Part shown: piece by piece, positions 32,726 through 42,134 of the stretch | How positions within the stretch are numbered: position 1 is the first letter of the stretch | Layout of the letters: each line of letters opens with the position of its first letter | Virus record (IMG/VR): IMGVR_UViG_3300003973_000004 | Coordinates: 1 to 43,905 of that record | Reading direction: 5' to 3' (one strand) | Source of the DNA: a virus | DNA length: 43,905 nt | Made by a program: the position numbers and the translations under genes | Notes under the pieces: model-generated | What the model was told of the DNA's origin: nothing | Seen by the model: the letters and a program-made list of their open reading frames with translations, nothing else | The model's database searches: none

Positions 32726-34444
32726 ATGTTTACTGTTGTTGAACCTAACACTTGTAACCCACTGTCTAAGCAGGATGCACGTTACACACCAACCGTTGCA
32801 ACCGAGACACGGAACAAACTCAAGAGTATATTCCCACTTGATACGGCGTTCAAGCCGGAAGAAGTACAACCACTGAGTAAGGAAGAAATCAAGGCCATCA
32901 AGGAACGTACACTCGAACAGCTGGGTTCGTTCGATAAGTCAGAGGTGCTAGTTGAGCAGCACCTTCTTTCAGACGCAGGGATTCCCGCTGAAGACTGGGA
33001 GAACCTGAGTTTGTACCTGGCAGTGCTGGGGCGTGCTTCGAGTGTCCCGTTCAACACGCCGCGATATATGGTTCGTGATAACACCGCTGCCCGTGAGTAC
33101 TCGTACGTACTCCAGACGTGCACGAACTGGATTCGTACCACCCTGCACACTCAAGGGATTAAACGCCCGGAAGATAAAGGACTGGTGCAAGCGTGCTTGC
33201 AGTACCCAACTGGCACGTCAAGTCAGATGGATAGCCTGTGCCGCCAGTACGGACAGCACTATGGGTTCATGTCAAACCGAAACCACAGCTTCGAGGCCGT
33301 GCACGTGCGTGTACCTAGTGGAGAGAAATATTACCGTGAGCAGCACTTCTACGAGTATGCACAAGGCATGTTGTTTGGCATCGTGTACACTGAGGCGGGG
33401 AGTACGTACTTCGCAGGCTTCATCACCGAGGATGACCTGCTGAACCTGCGCTTCACTCGAACAACCCTGGGTGCAGCAGTGATGAAGCTCACGCAGGATG
33501 ATGAGTTGGCGCGTAAACTCTCTGGGAAGTTCCGCCAGTGCACAGCGTACGAGTTCGTTCTGCATCCTAATGATGTGCCGTGGGGCGAGGTGTACCTGAG
33601 CACAGAAGAAGGTAGCTGCATGACCCATCCGACTAGCAGTTACAGCTGCCCGCACGGTATCCACCCAGTAGACACGTACTCCAGTGCGTACTACGGATGC
33701 GGGGATAACGGGCTGGTGCTGGTGCAAGCCATGAGCGGGGGTACAGCAGTTGGTCGTGGTATTATGAATGTACGTACCAAGAAGATTGTACGCTGGTACG
33801 GTCCGTACAATGCAGAGGTGCAGCTCAAGAACATGTTCGGAGTTACTGGGGATTCAGGTGCACTAGAGGACTCTTGGTTAGCTCTTGTTGGGGATGCCGA
33901 CTGCTTCGCAGGTCCGTACGTTGATGGGGGCTACGGCTACGGCGATATCCAGGGCAACCGCGTAGTGCTTACGAATGACTCTGACTACACGCAACTGGAA
34001 GATACTTCCGGTGTGTACGGTGGCGATGAGCAGTACATGTGCACCCTCACAGGGGGCTGGTACTCAGAGAACAACCTGGAGTACCAGTCGTACAATGAAA
34101 CATGGTTCAACCGTATCTACACGACCTACGACTATGCCCGTCAGTGTCCTATTACTGGTGAGTGGTTCAACAACAGCGATGGCCACTGGTGCACCATTGA
34201 TGGGGACGATGTGCGGGTATCCGAATATGGGCACCATAATGCAAGTGACTTCGGTTATGAGGACCTGGGCGGGAGTATCGGACACACGCGGAACCTGGAT
34301 GATTACATCCTGTTAGCAGACGGAGAGTACACGGGCAGCGATAATGCTGTGTATGATGATGTGACAGAAGATTACTACACACAGGACCAGTACGAAGCAC
34401 TGGTTGAAGCACGAGAAGCAGAGGATGAACAAGATGCAGCATAA
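32726..34444 (+). CDS. large early protein of unknown function, acidic Tyr/Gly/Asp-rich C-terminal third
   Basis: 572 aa with a GAGGTGAG SD. I recognise no motif in it. Confidence 0.85.
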   Translation: MFTVVEPNTCNPLSKQDARYTPTVATETRNKLKSIFPLDTAFKPEEVQPLSKEEIKAIKERTLEQLGSFDKSEVLVEQHLLSDAGIPAEDWENLSLYLAVLGRASSVPFNTPRYMVRDNTAAREYSYVLQTCTNWIRTTLHTQGIKRPEDKGLVQACLQYPTGTSSQMDSLCRQYGQHYGFMSNRNHSFEAVHVRVPSGEKYYREQHFYEYAQGMLFGIVYTEAGSTYFAGFITEDDLLNLRFTRTTLGAAVMKLTQDDELARKLSGKFRQCTAYEFVLHPNDVPWGEVYLSTEEGSCMTHPTSSYSCPHGIHPVDTYSSAYYGCGDNGLVLVQAMSGGTAVGRGIMNVRTKKIVRWYGPYNAEVQLKNMFGVTGDSGALEDSWLALVGDADCFAGPYVDGGYGYGDIQGNRVVLTNDSDYTQLEDTSGVYGGDEQYMCTLTGGWYSENNLEYQSYNETWFNRIYTTYDYARQCPITGEWFNNSDGHWCTIDGDDVRVSEYGHHNASDFGYEDLGGSIGHTRNLDDYILLADGEYTGSDNAVYDDVTEDYYTQDQYEALVEAREAEDEQDAA

Positions 34445-35417
34445 AGAAATCCCAGAGGTACTGCGGTATCTGCTACAACTACGCCGTCCGTACCAGAGCA
34501 TGGAGGAAACAGTTGCTGGGGAGTTCCTCATCTCCCATCTGTGTAAAGAGCCTGACTATCATAAGTTATGTACATACCAACGTGACCGCCATGGAAACAT
34601 TGAGTTTACCGTGGGTGAATTGGACAACGGTGTTGTGTTCACCTCACACCTTGATACAGTGCACCATACAGCAGGTACACAGGACTTGTTCCTGCTCGAC
34701 CTAAAGGATGGTATCTTCATTGGTGCTGAGTGTGAGGGCAAGGAGAGTGTGCTCGGTGCTGATGATGCAGCCGGTATCTTCCTGATGACTGAGCTTATCA
34801 AGGCAGGTGTATCAGGACGGTACATGTTCTTCATCGGTGAGGAGTGTGGAGGTATTGGCTCCAGTGCGTACGTACAGGATAACCCTGGGTTCAGTGCTAA
34901 CATGGTGGTGTCGTTCGACCGCCGTGGACAGAGTAGTATCATCACGCACCAAGGTGGATGGCGGACAGCTAGCGATGAGTTCGGGAATGCGCTGGCTAAG
35001 CAGCTGAACCAGAAGGGTGCGGGTAAGCTGGCGTACCGAACAGACACAGGTGGTTTGTACACGGACTCACGAGAGTTCGCTGATACTGTGCCCGAGTGCA
35101 CTAACATCTCGGTCGGGTACTTCCACGAGCACACAAGCAAGGAGACACTGAACCTCACGCACTTACTGAACCTGCGTGATGCACTGTTGAAGGTGGATTG
35201 GACAGCACTCCCCGTGGTGCGTGTACCTGCACCCGATATTGTATGGGACACGGGTTGGATGGGGCGTACTTCTGCGTGGTACGATACTCCAACGGATACA
35301 GCGGAGGAACTACGTACGCGTGTTGAGACGTTACTGAACAAGCAGTGGGATACAATGGATTCTAAACTTCGTCAATTACTTCTAGATATCGAGGGGCATC
35401 TGAATGAGCAAATTTAA
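34434..35417 (+). CDS. clan MH co-catalytic zinc peptidase (M20/M28/M42-like)
   Basis: The ligand pattern in order is SHLDTVHH, GADDAAG, GEECGGIGS, SFDRRG, YFHEHT. The start is uncertain (34404, 34425 or 34434). Confidence 0.7.
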   Translation: MQHKEIPEVLRYLLQLRRPYQSMEETVAGEFLISHLCKEPDYHKLCTYQRDRHGNIEFTVGELDNGVVFTSHLDTVHHTAGTQDLFLLDLKDGIFIGAECEGKESVLGADDAAGIFLMTELIKAGVSGRYMFFIGEECGGIGSSAYVQDNPGFSANMVVSFDRRGQSSIITHQGGWRTASDEFGNALAKQLNQKGAGKLAYRTDTGGLYTDSREFADTVPECTNISVGYFHEHTSKETLNLTHLLNLRDALLKVDWTALPVVRVPAPDIVWDTGWMGRTSAWYDTPTDTAEELRTRVETLLNKQWDTMDSKLRQLLLDIEGHLNEQI

Positions 35418-35847
35418 AGTGGGTGATGTTTTAGTGAAACAAGTAGCCTCACCTGGATATGAAAAGACAGTAGGCACAATGGCAGTTGTGTCCTGTCTCC
35501 CCGCCTGGGGTGGGTCATACTACAAACTGAAAGTACTAAACAATGAACACTACTCCACCGGTCACATTTACCTCATGAGTCAGGAAGAACAATGGGCATT
35601 GTGTGCAGATGAGGAACTCCCACCAGCGCCGGGGAGTGTGCGGTACAATGAGGGGGTAGACGTTAACACCTTTGAGGTTAAGGTTTTACGTGCTAATGAT
35701 TACTACCCATTACGGCTGCGACTCGGAGTTACTAACAAGAAGGATTTTATGTACACTTGCCTCACACCCAATGAAGCACTCCAGCTCTGCCATGACCTGC
35801 GTCGTATGGCTATGGATTTGAAACGTAAGGAGAAACAGAATGGGTAA
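35404..35847 (+). CDS. hypothetical protein (KFKVGD N-terminal domain, paralog of the next gene)
   Basis: 147 aa with N-terminus MSKFKVGDVLVK. Confidence 0.8.
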   Translation: MSKFKVGDVLVKQVASPGYEKTVGTMAVVSCLPAWGGSYYKLKVLNNEHYSTGHIYLMSQEEQWALCADEELPPAPGSVRYNEGVDVNTFEVKVLRANDYYPLRLRLGVTNKKDFMYTCLTPNEALQLCHDLRRMAMDLKRKEKQNG

Positions 35848-36130
35848 GTTCAAGGTAGGTGATAGGGTTGTACGTACGACTAATCGTGTGAAGTGGGGTG
35901 GTATGCTCGTTGGAGATACGGATACCGTGGTTAAGCTCACCGCAGGTACCGTTACCTTAGCAAAGTACGGGGAAGGTCATTCGTACGACTATCTGGAATT
36001 AGTTAACGCCTGTGTGTGGTGTGCACATCGCGCCGATGAACTCCGTAAGATTGCGGAGGATGCAATCACGGATTACAATATGTTCCTGGCGTTGCAGCCG
36101 GAGCAGTACAAGCCTATGGAGATTAAGTAG
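35840..36130 (+). CDS. hypothetical protein (KFKVGD N-terminal domain)
   Basis: 96 aa with N-terminus MGKFKVGDRVVR. Confidence 0.8.
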   Translation: MGKFKVGDRVVRTTNRVKWGGMLVGDTDTVVKLTAGTVTLAKYGEGHSYDYLELVNACVWCAHRADELRKIAEDAITDYNMFLALQPEQYKPMEIK

Positions 36131-36152
36131 TAGGTCGCTCTAAGGAGGCGCT

Positions 36153-36980
36153 ATGATTCCCAAGGAGGAGTGGCTCCACCATGCCAAGCGTCTAGCAGTC
36201 GGACAGAAGCGCCGGGTTAATCATACATGCGGTAGGTCTGCTAGCCTGGACGTATATAACAATGATGACAGTTGGAGTGCGTACTGCTTCCGTTGTAAAG
36301 AAAGTGGACGTGTATTTAAAGAGCATCAGAGTATTCGTGTGGTACAGGAAGACACATCGCGTATGCAGCCTGTACCTGTAAGTGCTTTGCACATCAGTCA
36401 AACGAGCCGGTATGAACAATCTCGAATTTGGAAATTACTTATTCAAAAAGGTTGTCCACCCGGCGTTATACCGGAGAACATGATATGGTACGACAAGACT
36501 TCTCAACGTATCTTACTGCGGATGGGCAAGCTCGCATTAGGGAGAGCGTTGAACGAGCAGCAGTTACCAAAGTGGTTGGTGTACAGCGACGAACTCAGGA
36601 AACCCCCGATAGTCTGGACGAGATTCCGGGGTGTAAAGGGAATGGAACCTGTAGTTCTTGTAGAGGATATCTTGAGCGCGTTGAAAGTGGCGAAAGCGCT
36701 GGAACTTTATGCGCCGGAAAGTTGCGTGTCCGTGGGTTCGGTACTAGGAACCAGCGTAACATTGCCTATCTTAAGGTCGATAGCGGGGCATGATGTAGTT
36801 TGTTACTTCGATGGGGATGCAGCCGGGCGTGATGGTTGTGCTGCTCTGAAACGTCGTGTAAGCGTTTTTGGCGGTACCTTCTACAACGCTGTACCCGAGC
36901 ATGGAGACCCTAAAGATGAGAGCTGTGAAGGTATATGGAGGCATTTATGCAACGTATTAAACAGTGGTTATGGCTTGTAG
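36153..36980 (+). CDS. DNA primase (zinc finger plus TOPRIM)
   Basis: Zinc finger CGRSASLDVYNNDDSWSAYCFRCKESG. TOPRIM-like VVLVEDILSALK and CYFDGDAAGRDG. Confidence 0.85.
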   Translation: MIPKEEWLHHAKRLAVGQKRRVNHTCGRSASLDVYNNDDSWSAYCFRCKESGRVFKEHQSIRVVQEDTSRMQPVPVSALHISQTSRYEQSRIWKLLIQKGCPPGVIPENMIWYDKTSQRILLRMGKLALGRALNEQQLPKWLVYSDELRKPPIVWTRFRGVKGMEPVVLVEDILSALKVAKALELYAPESCVSVGSVLGTSVTLPILRSIAGHDVVCYFDGDAAGRDGCAALKRRVSVFGGTFYNAVPEHGDPKDESCEGIWRHLCNVLNSGYGL

Positions 36981-37084
36981 CACGCTTCTGTGTGCTCGGC
37001 CCACTAGCAATGGTAGCTATTCTTGGGCAGTGGGCCGAGGAAGCGTTTGAGTACCTGGATGCACATATGGGGAAAGGGGAGTAG
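36947..37084 (+). CDS. possible 45-aa membrane protein
   Basis: GGAGG SD and TMD WLWLVARFCVLGPLAMVAILG. Confidence 0.45.
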   Translation: MQRIKQWLWLVARFCVLGPLAMVAILGQWAEEAFEYLDAHMGKGE

Positions 37085-37086
37085 TT

Positions 37087-37263
37087 ATGGTAAAACGTTA
37101 TGAAATTACTGAGTGTAGCCGAAACCCGTTTATGTCCTATCGCTGTATGGAAGAAGACAGTCAAGGTGATTACGTGTTGTTTGAAGCCTATGAAAGGCTC
37201 GAAGCAGCGTATGTAGAACTCCAAGAACGATATGACTTGGATGTAAACCCAGAGGGTAAATAA
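37087..37263 (+). CDS. hypothetical 58-aa protein
   Basis: GGGGAG SD. Its stop overlaps the helicase ATG (TAATG). Confidence 0.55.
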   Translation: MVKRYEITECSRNPFMSYRCMEEDSQGDYVLFEAYERLEAAYVELQERYDLDVNPEGK

Positions 37264-38525
37264 TGGATAAACTACTGCTCGCGGTACTCAAGGACCGCTC
37301 TAAGTTCCGACAGCTTCGTGGGGCAGTCCCGGATGATTTAGTTGGACAAGAAACAATCAGTATGCTGGCGTGGTACCAGGCGTGGTTCCAAGCATTCCCG
37401 GACAAGGACCGGGTAGATACAGAGAGTTTACGTTCTCTGTTTAACCTGCGTGTTGGCAGTACCATCGACGAGAACCAGCGTGCCATCATGGGTATGCTGT
37501 TCCGTAAGCTAGATGAGCCAGTGGACCAGCATGAGATTGACGGTATCACAGCGCAGTTGTACGAGCGAGACTTCAAGGGCAAGGCAGCGGCGCTTATTAA
37601 CCGGTACGATAACGGTGATGAGGTGGACCTGACGTTTGAGTTGAACAGACTCGCGCACGAGAACATGCGACGTATGTCGGCCTCATCACCAGCCAGCTAC
37701 ATTGATGACCCTATCGCGGATATCCTGAATGACTTCCAGGGAGACCGGGGATTGAAGCTAGTCACGCAGCTCCTGAGAAGCTCTGTAGGAGGACTTCAAG
37801 GGGGTGATAGTATCGCGGTAGCAGGGCGTCCCGACAAGGGCAAGACGAGCCTCCTGGCTGCGAATCTGGTGAACTTCGCACCCCAGCTTGCGGAGATGGG
37901 TTGGGCAGGGCGTCCGATGCTATGGGTTAACAATGAAGGCTCAGGGCGACGTATCATTCCACGTATCTATCAGGCTGCATTGAAGTGTACCTTCTCGGAG
38001 ATGGTGGCTAAGAGCAACGCAGGGACGCTAGTGCAGGAGTACACCGACGCTATGCACGGTGAGCGCATACTAGTTAAGGACATGCACGGCAGTACGCTCG
38101 GTCAGATTGAGCAGGTGATTGAGGAACTTAACCCGTGTGTTGTGGTGTTCGATATGCTGGCTAACTTCCGTATGCCGGGAACTGGTGGGGGTAACAAGAC
38201 CGATGCACTGGAGCAGATGTGGCAAGAGACACGAGAGATGGCTGTGCGCCATGACTTTGTGGCTATGCCTACGGTACAGATTAGTGCGGATGGGGATGAC
38301 CAGATGTATCCGCCGTACTCCGCATTAAAAGATAGCCGTACTGGGATACAAGGAGCCACTGACGTTATTCTAATGATGGGAGCACTTAACTCCATTGAGA
38401 TGGATGAGGTGAGAGGCTTCTCCACACCAAAAAATAAACGACAAATGAATGGTTGTCCAAGTAACACACCGGGACAAGTATTCTTCGACAAACAGAGGTG
38501 TATATTTACTGATGGATGTGCTTGA
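37263..38525 (+). CDS. replicative DNA helicase (DnaB/T7 gp4 helicase-domain-like)
   Basis: Walker A GRPDKGKTS and Walker B CVVVFDML. 420 aa, separate from the primase gene. Confidence 0.85.
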   Translation: MDKLLLAVLKDRSKFRQLRGAVPDDLVGQETISMLAWYQAWFQAFPDKDRVDTESLRSLFNLRVGSTIDENQRAIMGMLFRKLDEPVDQHEIDGITAQLYERDFKGKAAALINRYDNGDEVDLTFELNRLAHENMRRMSASSPASYIDDPIADILNDFQGDRGLKLVTQLLRSSVGGLQGGDSIAVAGRPDKGKTSLLAANLVNFAPQLAEMGWAGRPMLWVNNEGSGRRIIPRIYQAALKCTFSEMVAKSNAGTLVQEYTDAMHGERILVKDMHGSTLGQIEQVIEELNPCVVVFDMLANFRMPGTGGGNKTDALEQMWQETREMAVRHDFVAMPTVQISADGDDQMYPPYSALKDSRTGIQGATDVILMMGALNSIEMDEVRGFSTPKNKRQMNGCPSNTPGQVFFDKQRCIFTDGCA

Positions 38526-38985
38526 TAAACTAGACTACCTCCCAGATGGAACGTTTCGCTGGAATAATTTAGCGTATCACAACTGTCGAGGGAAGTTAGC
38601 GGGTTCATTATCTGGTTGTGGGTATCACTATATCCGTAGCCATAAGCGGGGCCGCTTGGTGTGGACAGCACACCACGGCCCCATCCCCAAAGGTAAGGTT
38701 GTTGACCACAAGAATGGTGTAAGGAGTGATGACCGCATAGAGAACCTGCAACTGGTAAGCCAAGCAGAGAACATTATGCTTGGTACAACAGAGCTGTATG
38801 CCAGCAACACTCACGGATACACGGGTGTGTACTTCATACCTGGGCGTAGAGTAGGGAAGCAATACCAAGCAAGCGTTCGATACCAGGGGAAGAACATCTC
38901 CTTTGGGTACCATGCAACACCGGAGAAAGCTGCGGAGGCCAGGCGACTTGGCATGTCCTCCCGTGGGTTGGTGTCAAGACGTTGA
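38512..38985 (+). CDS. HNH homing endonuclease with AP2-like domain
   Basis: HNH motif: VDHKNGVRSDDRIENLQLVSQAEN. AP2-like block: GVYFIPGRRVGKQYQASVRYQGKNISFGYH. I prefer ATG 38512 over 38449. Confidence 0.85.
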   Translation: MDVLDKLDYLPDGTFRWNNLAYHNCRGKLAGSLSGCGYHYIRSHKRGRLVWTAHHGPIPKGKVVDHKNGVRSDDRIENLQLVSQAENIMLGTTELYASNTHGYTGVYFIPGRRVGKQYQASVRYQGKNISFGYHATPEKAAEARRLGMSSRGLVSRR

Positions 38986-38999
38986 TTAACAACAACTTA

Positions 39000-39023
39000 T
39001 TAGAAGTCCTACTATAAGGAGAA
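39000..39023 (+). promoter_or_regulatory. candidate phage-RNAP promoter (T7-like)
   Basis: TTAGAAGTCCTACTATAAGGAGA matches the T7 consensus TAATACGACTCACTATAGGGAGA at 16/23 positions by hand alignment, including ACTATA and GGAGA. Confidence 0.7.
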
Positions 39024-39029
39024 CGAGAC

Positions 39030-39299
39030 ATGGCGAGAAAGAAGAAAGAAGATACAGTAGTTCCTGTAGATACAGTAGCGTGGGAGAAGGCAGATGCTCT
39101 CCTGAACCAGCTAGAAGCACAGCAAGCTCAGGATGTAGAGCCGGTAGACAATAAGCTACGTAATCAGATAGTAATCTCTTTACTAGATACAGCGAAGGTG
39201 TACATGCTGATTGCTAGTGAAGAAGATGTACTGCGTAATCGAGTGCAATCGCTGATTAAGATTGCTGATATCATTGTAGATGAATTGGAGAAGGGCTGA
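39030..39299 (+). CDS. hypothetical protein
   Basis: 89 aa. The SD AAGGAG lies at the predicted 5' end of the transcript. Confidence 0.8.
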   Translation: MARKKKEDTVVPVDTVAWEKADALLNQLEAQQAQDVEPVDNKLRNQIVISLLDTAKVYMLIASEEDVLRNRVQSLIKIADIIVDELEKG

Positions 39300-39487
39300 T
39301 GGTATTCTATATTGTTATAGATGAGTGGGGTTGTGAGAATATCTTTCGCAGCAAGGCCCTAGCACAAAAATTTCTAGTTGCAGGTAATGCAGACACGGGG
39401 TTGGGTATTATCACGATTGATACAGAGCGGTTGGGTGCTTGGACAGAGCAAGACTTTAACGCGACATATGGAGAAAGTAATGACTAA
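39299..39487 (+). CDS. hypothetical protein
   Basis: 62 aa with TGATG coupling. Confidence 0.7.
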   Translation: MVFYIVIDEWGCENIFRSKALAQKFLVAGNADTGLGIITIDTERLGAWTEQDFNATYGESND

Positions 39488-39698
39488 ACAACACGTAGGT
39501 TTCTCGGTAATCCTAACCACTATCGACCCGAAGGATGTGCAGAAGCTGGCACAAATCATGCAGGTATTCGCTGATGAGTCAGTGAGTACTTCTGAGATTG
39601 TTGTGAGTACCGCCCATGCCTGGACTGTACAGAATGCAGCGGAAGCGCGCACAGTTGGTATGAATCCAGCAATAGCCGCACCGTACATCGGTAATTAG
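39480..39698 (+). CDS. hypothetical protein
   Basis: ORF 39378..39698. ATG 39480 has a GGAGAAAG SD. Confidence 0.7.
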   Translation: MTKQHVGFSVILTTIDPKDVQKLAQIMQVFADESVSTSEIVVSTAHAWTVQNAAEARTVGMNPAIAAPYIGN

Positions 39699-39734
39699 AA
39701 GTCCGACCCAGTGGGAGAGAAAGCTCTCCCTTTT
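39695..39734 (+). promoter_or_regulatory. candidate phage-RNAP promoter fused to a terminator-like hairpin
   Basis: TTAGAAGTCCGACCCAGT, then GGGAGAG-AAAG-CTCTCCC-TTTTG. It overlaps the stop codon of the upstream gene. Confidence 0.6.
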
Positions 39735-39754
39735 GAATTACAGTAGGATTCTAA

Positions 39755-42118
39755 ATGTACAAGATAATTCATTGTGACCTTGAGGTCGAGAATCATCCGT
39801 GGTACGGACAGGTAGCAAGTCCGTTCTGCCCAGAGAACTACATCGTAGCACCGGGCTGGCGTATTGATACAGTAGATGATGCTGGTGTAGTGCACCCAGG
39901 TACAGTACAAGACAGGTACTTCCACTCGAAGGAAGAAGCTGACGCAGGTGCTGACTGGTTCGATATGCTGAACGACCCAGCAGTGTCTATCGTAGTAGCG
40001 CACAATTCGCAGTTCGAGATTAAGTGGTGGCTGAGTAAGTACCGCAGCGTGTTTGAGGCATTCATCAAGCGAGGTGGGCGTGTAGCATGTACCGCTATGG
40101 CTGAGTACTTAATCAGTCACCAGCAGGAACTGTACCCATCGCTGGATGAGACTGCTGTGAAGCACGGTGGTACGCACAAGGTGGATGGCGTTAAGATTCT
40201 CTGGGAGCAGGGATACCTCACCTCGCAGATTGATAAGGCACTTCTTCTGGAGTACCTCTCTGGTCCGTGTGGCGATATCGACAACACCGCTATCTGCTTC
40301 TACAGCCAGCAACAGCAACTCGCTGCGCAGGGTATGACTACGATGTACTGGGAGCGCTGTGATGCTCTCATGGCGTTTGCGTACTGCGAATGGTTCGGCC
40401 TGTACGTTGACCGGGGTGTGGCAGAGAAGAACCGACAGGAGCAGGAGGCAGAGATTGCTAAGCTCCAGAAGGAACTGTACACGCTGCTGCCGGATAACTT
40501 ACCAGAAGAACTAGAGTTCAACTGGGGCAGCGACTTCCATATGTCTGCTCTGGTGTATGGTGGTCCGGTGAAGTACCGTCACAAGGTGCCGTACGGCGAT
40601 GGCGTACTCACAGATAAGCAGTACGTGAAGGCTGACTTCCTCAAATTTGGTATACACTCCCAGCTTGCCGATGTAGTTGAGCGAGATGGTGTGGCGTACT
40701 GGGAAGGGTGTTTTGATGCACCAGTTACCCGCTACAAGTCAGGTAAGAACAAAGGCCAACTCAAAGTGTTCCGGGAGGACACTGATGAAGAGAAACTCAA
40801 ATGGGAAGACACCTCGGTTATCCTTCCGGGACTGGTCAACCTGGGTGGACTGCCAGCTGGAATTAAAGAGAAGTACATTGGTAAGCGAGCTGAGTTCAGA
40901 GGAGCGCGCATCCTTTGTGATGGGGTCACTCCGGTTTACTCCACCAGTACAGAGGCGCTCAAAGGACTCAAGAACTTTGTGCCAGAAGTTGGTCTTATGG
41001 TTAAGCTCGCGTCTCTCGAGAAAGACACAGGCACTTATTATCTTAGAGAAGAACTAAACGCTGACGGAAGTGTGAAGAAGGTGAAGGGCATGATGCAGTA
41101 CATCGGCCCGGATAGTATCGTGCACCACTCGCTGAACGTAACAGCGACGGTAACAACTCGCCTTAGTTCAAGTGACCCGAACTTACAGAACCTGCCGCGC
41201 GACGGGACCTCGAACGTTAAGGAGATGTTCACCAGCCGCTTCGGTTCAAACGGACGCATCGTCGAGGTGGATTACTCAGCACTGGAAGTTGTAATGCTGT
41301 GTGCCATGACGAAGGATACCGACCTGTTAGCGCTTCTGCAAGCCGACACAGATATGCACTGTTATCGTCTGGCGTATCGTCTTGGTGAGCCGTACAAGGA
41401 AGTGAAACGCATCTATGATGATGAGGGGCACCCACGCCACGAAGAGTACAAGCAAATGCGTACGGACATTAAGCCGCTATCATTCGCTGACCAGTACGGT
41501 GCGACAGCAGGGGGCTTAGCATTCAACACCGGATGTAGCATTGAGTTTGCCGAGGAATTCCAGGCGAACGAAGCGCGCATGTTCCCGGTGTCTCGTGGAT
41601 TCCGTCAAGTTATTATTGATGAGGTTGAGCGGACAGGGGCATTACCAGAAGGCATTCGTCGTGAGATGAGTGATACCGGGGCATGGCAGGTGTACCGACG
41701 TGGGTACTACCAAGCGCCGAGCACAACACGGTACAGCTTCCGCCAGCAGAAGGCATGGGACAAGGATGCTCGACAGGAAGTGATGAAGTACAAGGCAACG
41801 CAGATGGCTAACTATCCGTTCCAGGGTGAGGCCGGGTTCATGATGAGCGTATCAATGGGGAGAATCTGCCGATGGTTGATTAGCAAAGACTGGTTCGACA
41901 ACAAAGTGTGTCTTATCAATAACGTACATGACGCCGCGTACTTAGATGTAGCTGACGAAGTAGTAGGGCGTGAGGCTGCGTTGGGTGTTAAGGCAATCAT
42001 GGAAGATGCACCGAAGTACCTGACGGCGCTGTTCCCGGCGTACGACATGGCAGATGTACCCTTCCCGGCTGCTGCTGAGTGGGGCCAGAACATGAAAGAC
42101 AAAACCCATATCCATTAA
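39755..42118 (+). CDS. DNA polymerase, family A (T7 gp5-like)
   Basis: 787 aa. Motif A VDYSALEV, motif B RTDIKPLSFADQYGA, motif C NNVHDAAY. The N-terminus has a 3'-5' exonuclease block (CDLEVENH). Confidence 0.93.
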   Translation: MYKIIHCDLEVENHPWYGQVASPFCPENYIVAPGWRIDTVDDAGVVHPGTVQDRYFHSKEEADAGADWFDMLNDPAVSIVVAHNSQFEIKWWLSKYRSVFEAFIKRGGRVACTAMAEYLISHQQELYPSLDETAVKHGGTHKVDGVKILWEQGYLTSQIDKALLLEYLSGPCGDIDNTAICFYSQQQQLAAQGMTTMYWERCDALMAFAYCEWFGLYVDRGVAEKNRQEQEAEIAKLQKELYTLLPDNLPEELEFNWGSDFHMSALVYGGPVKYRHKVPYGDGVLTDKQYVKADFLKFGIHSQLADVVERDGVAYWEGCFDAPVTRYKSGKNKGQLKVFREDTDEEKLKWEDTSVILPGLVNLGGLPAGIKEKYIGKRAEFRGARILCDGVTPVYSTSTEALKGLKNFVPEVGLMVKLASLEKDTGTYYLREELNADGSVKKVKGMMQYIGPDSIVHHSLNVTATVTTRLSSSDPNLQNLPRDGTSNVKEMFTSRFGSNGRIVEVDYSALEVVMLCAMTKDTDLLALLQADTDMHCYRLAYRLGEPYKEVKRIYDDEGHPRHEEYKQMRTDIKPLSFADQYGATAGGLAFNTGCSIEFAEEFQANEARMFPVSRGFRQVIIDEVERTGALPEGIRREMSDTGAWQVYRRGYYQAPSTTRYSFRQQKAWDKDARQEVMKYKATQMANYPFQGEAGFMMSVSMGRICRWLISKDWFDNKVCLINNVHDAAYLDVADEVVGREAALGVKAIMEDAPKYLTALFPAYDMADVPFPAAAEWGQNMKDKTHIH

Positions 42119-42134
42119 TACAGAGAGATAATAC

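Noticed and set aside
39000-39016. Similarity of GTCCTACT to the phiKMV single-strand-nick consensus (CGACNNNNNCCTACTCCGG).
   Set aside because: Only CCTACT is shared. The CGAC and CCGG flanks are missing. Three of the four copies are on the coding strand, whereas phiKMV nicks are on the non-coding strand. The promoter interpretation fits the positions better. Denaturing gels of virion DNA would settle it.
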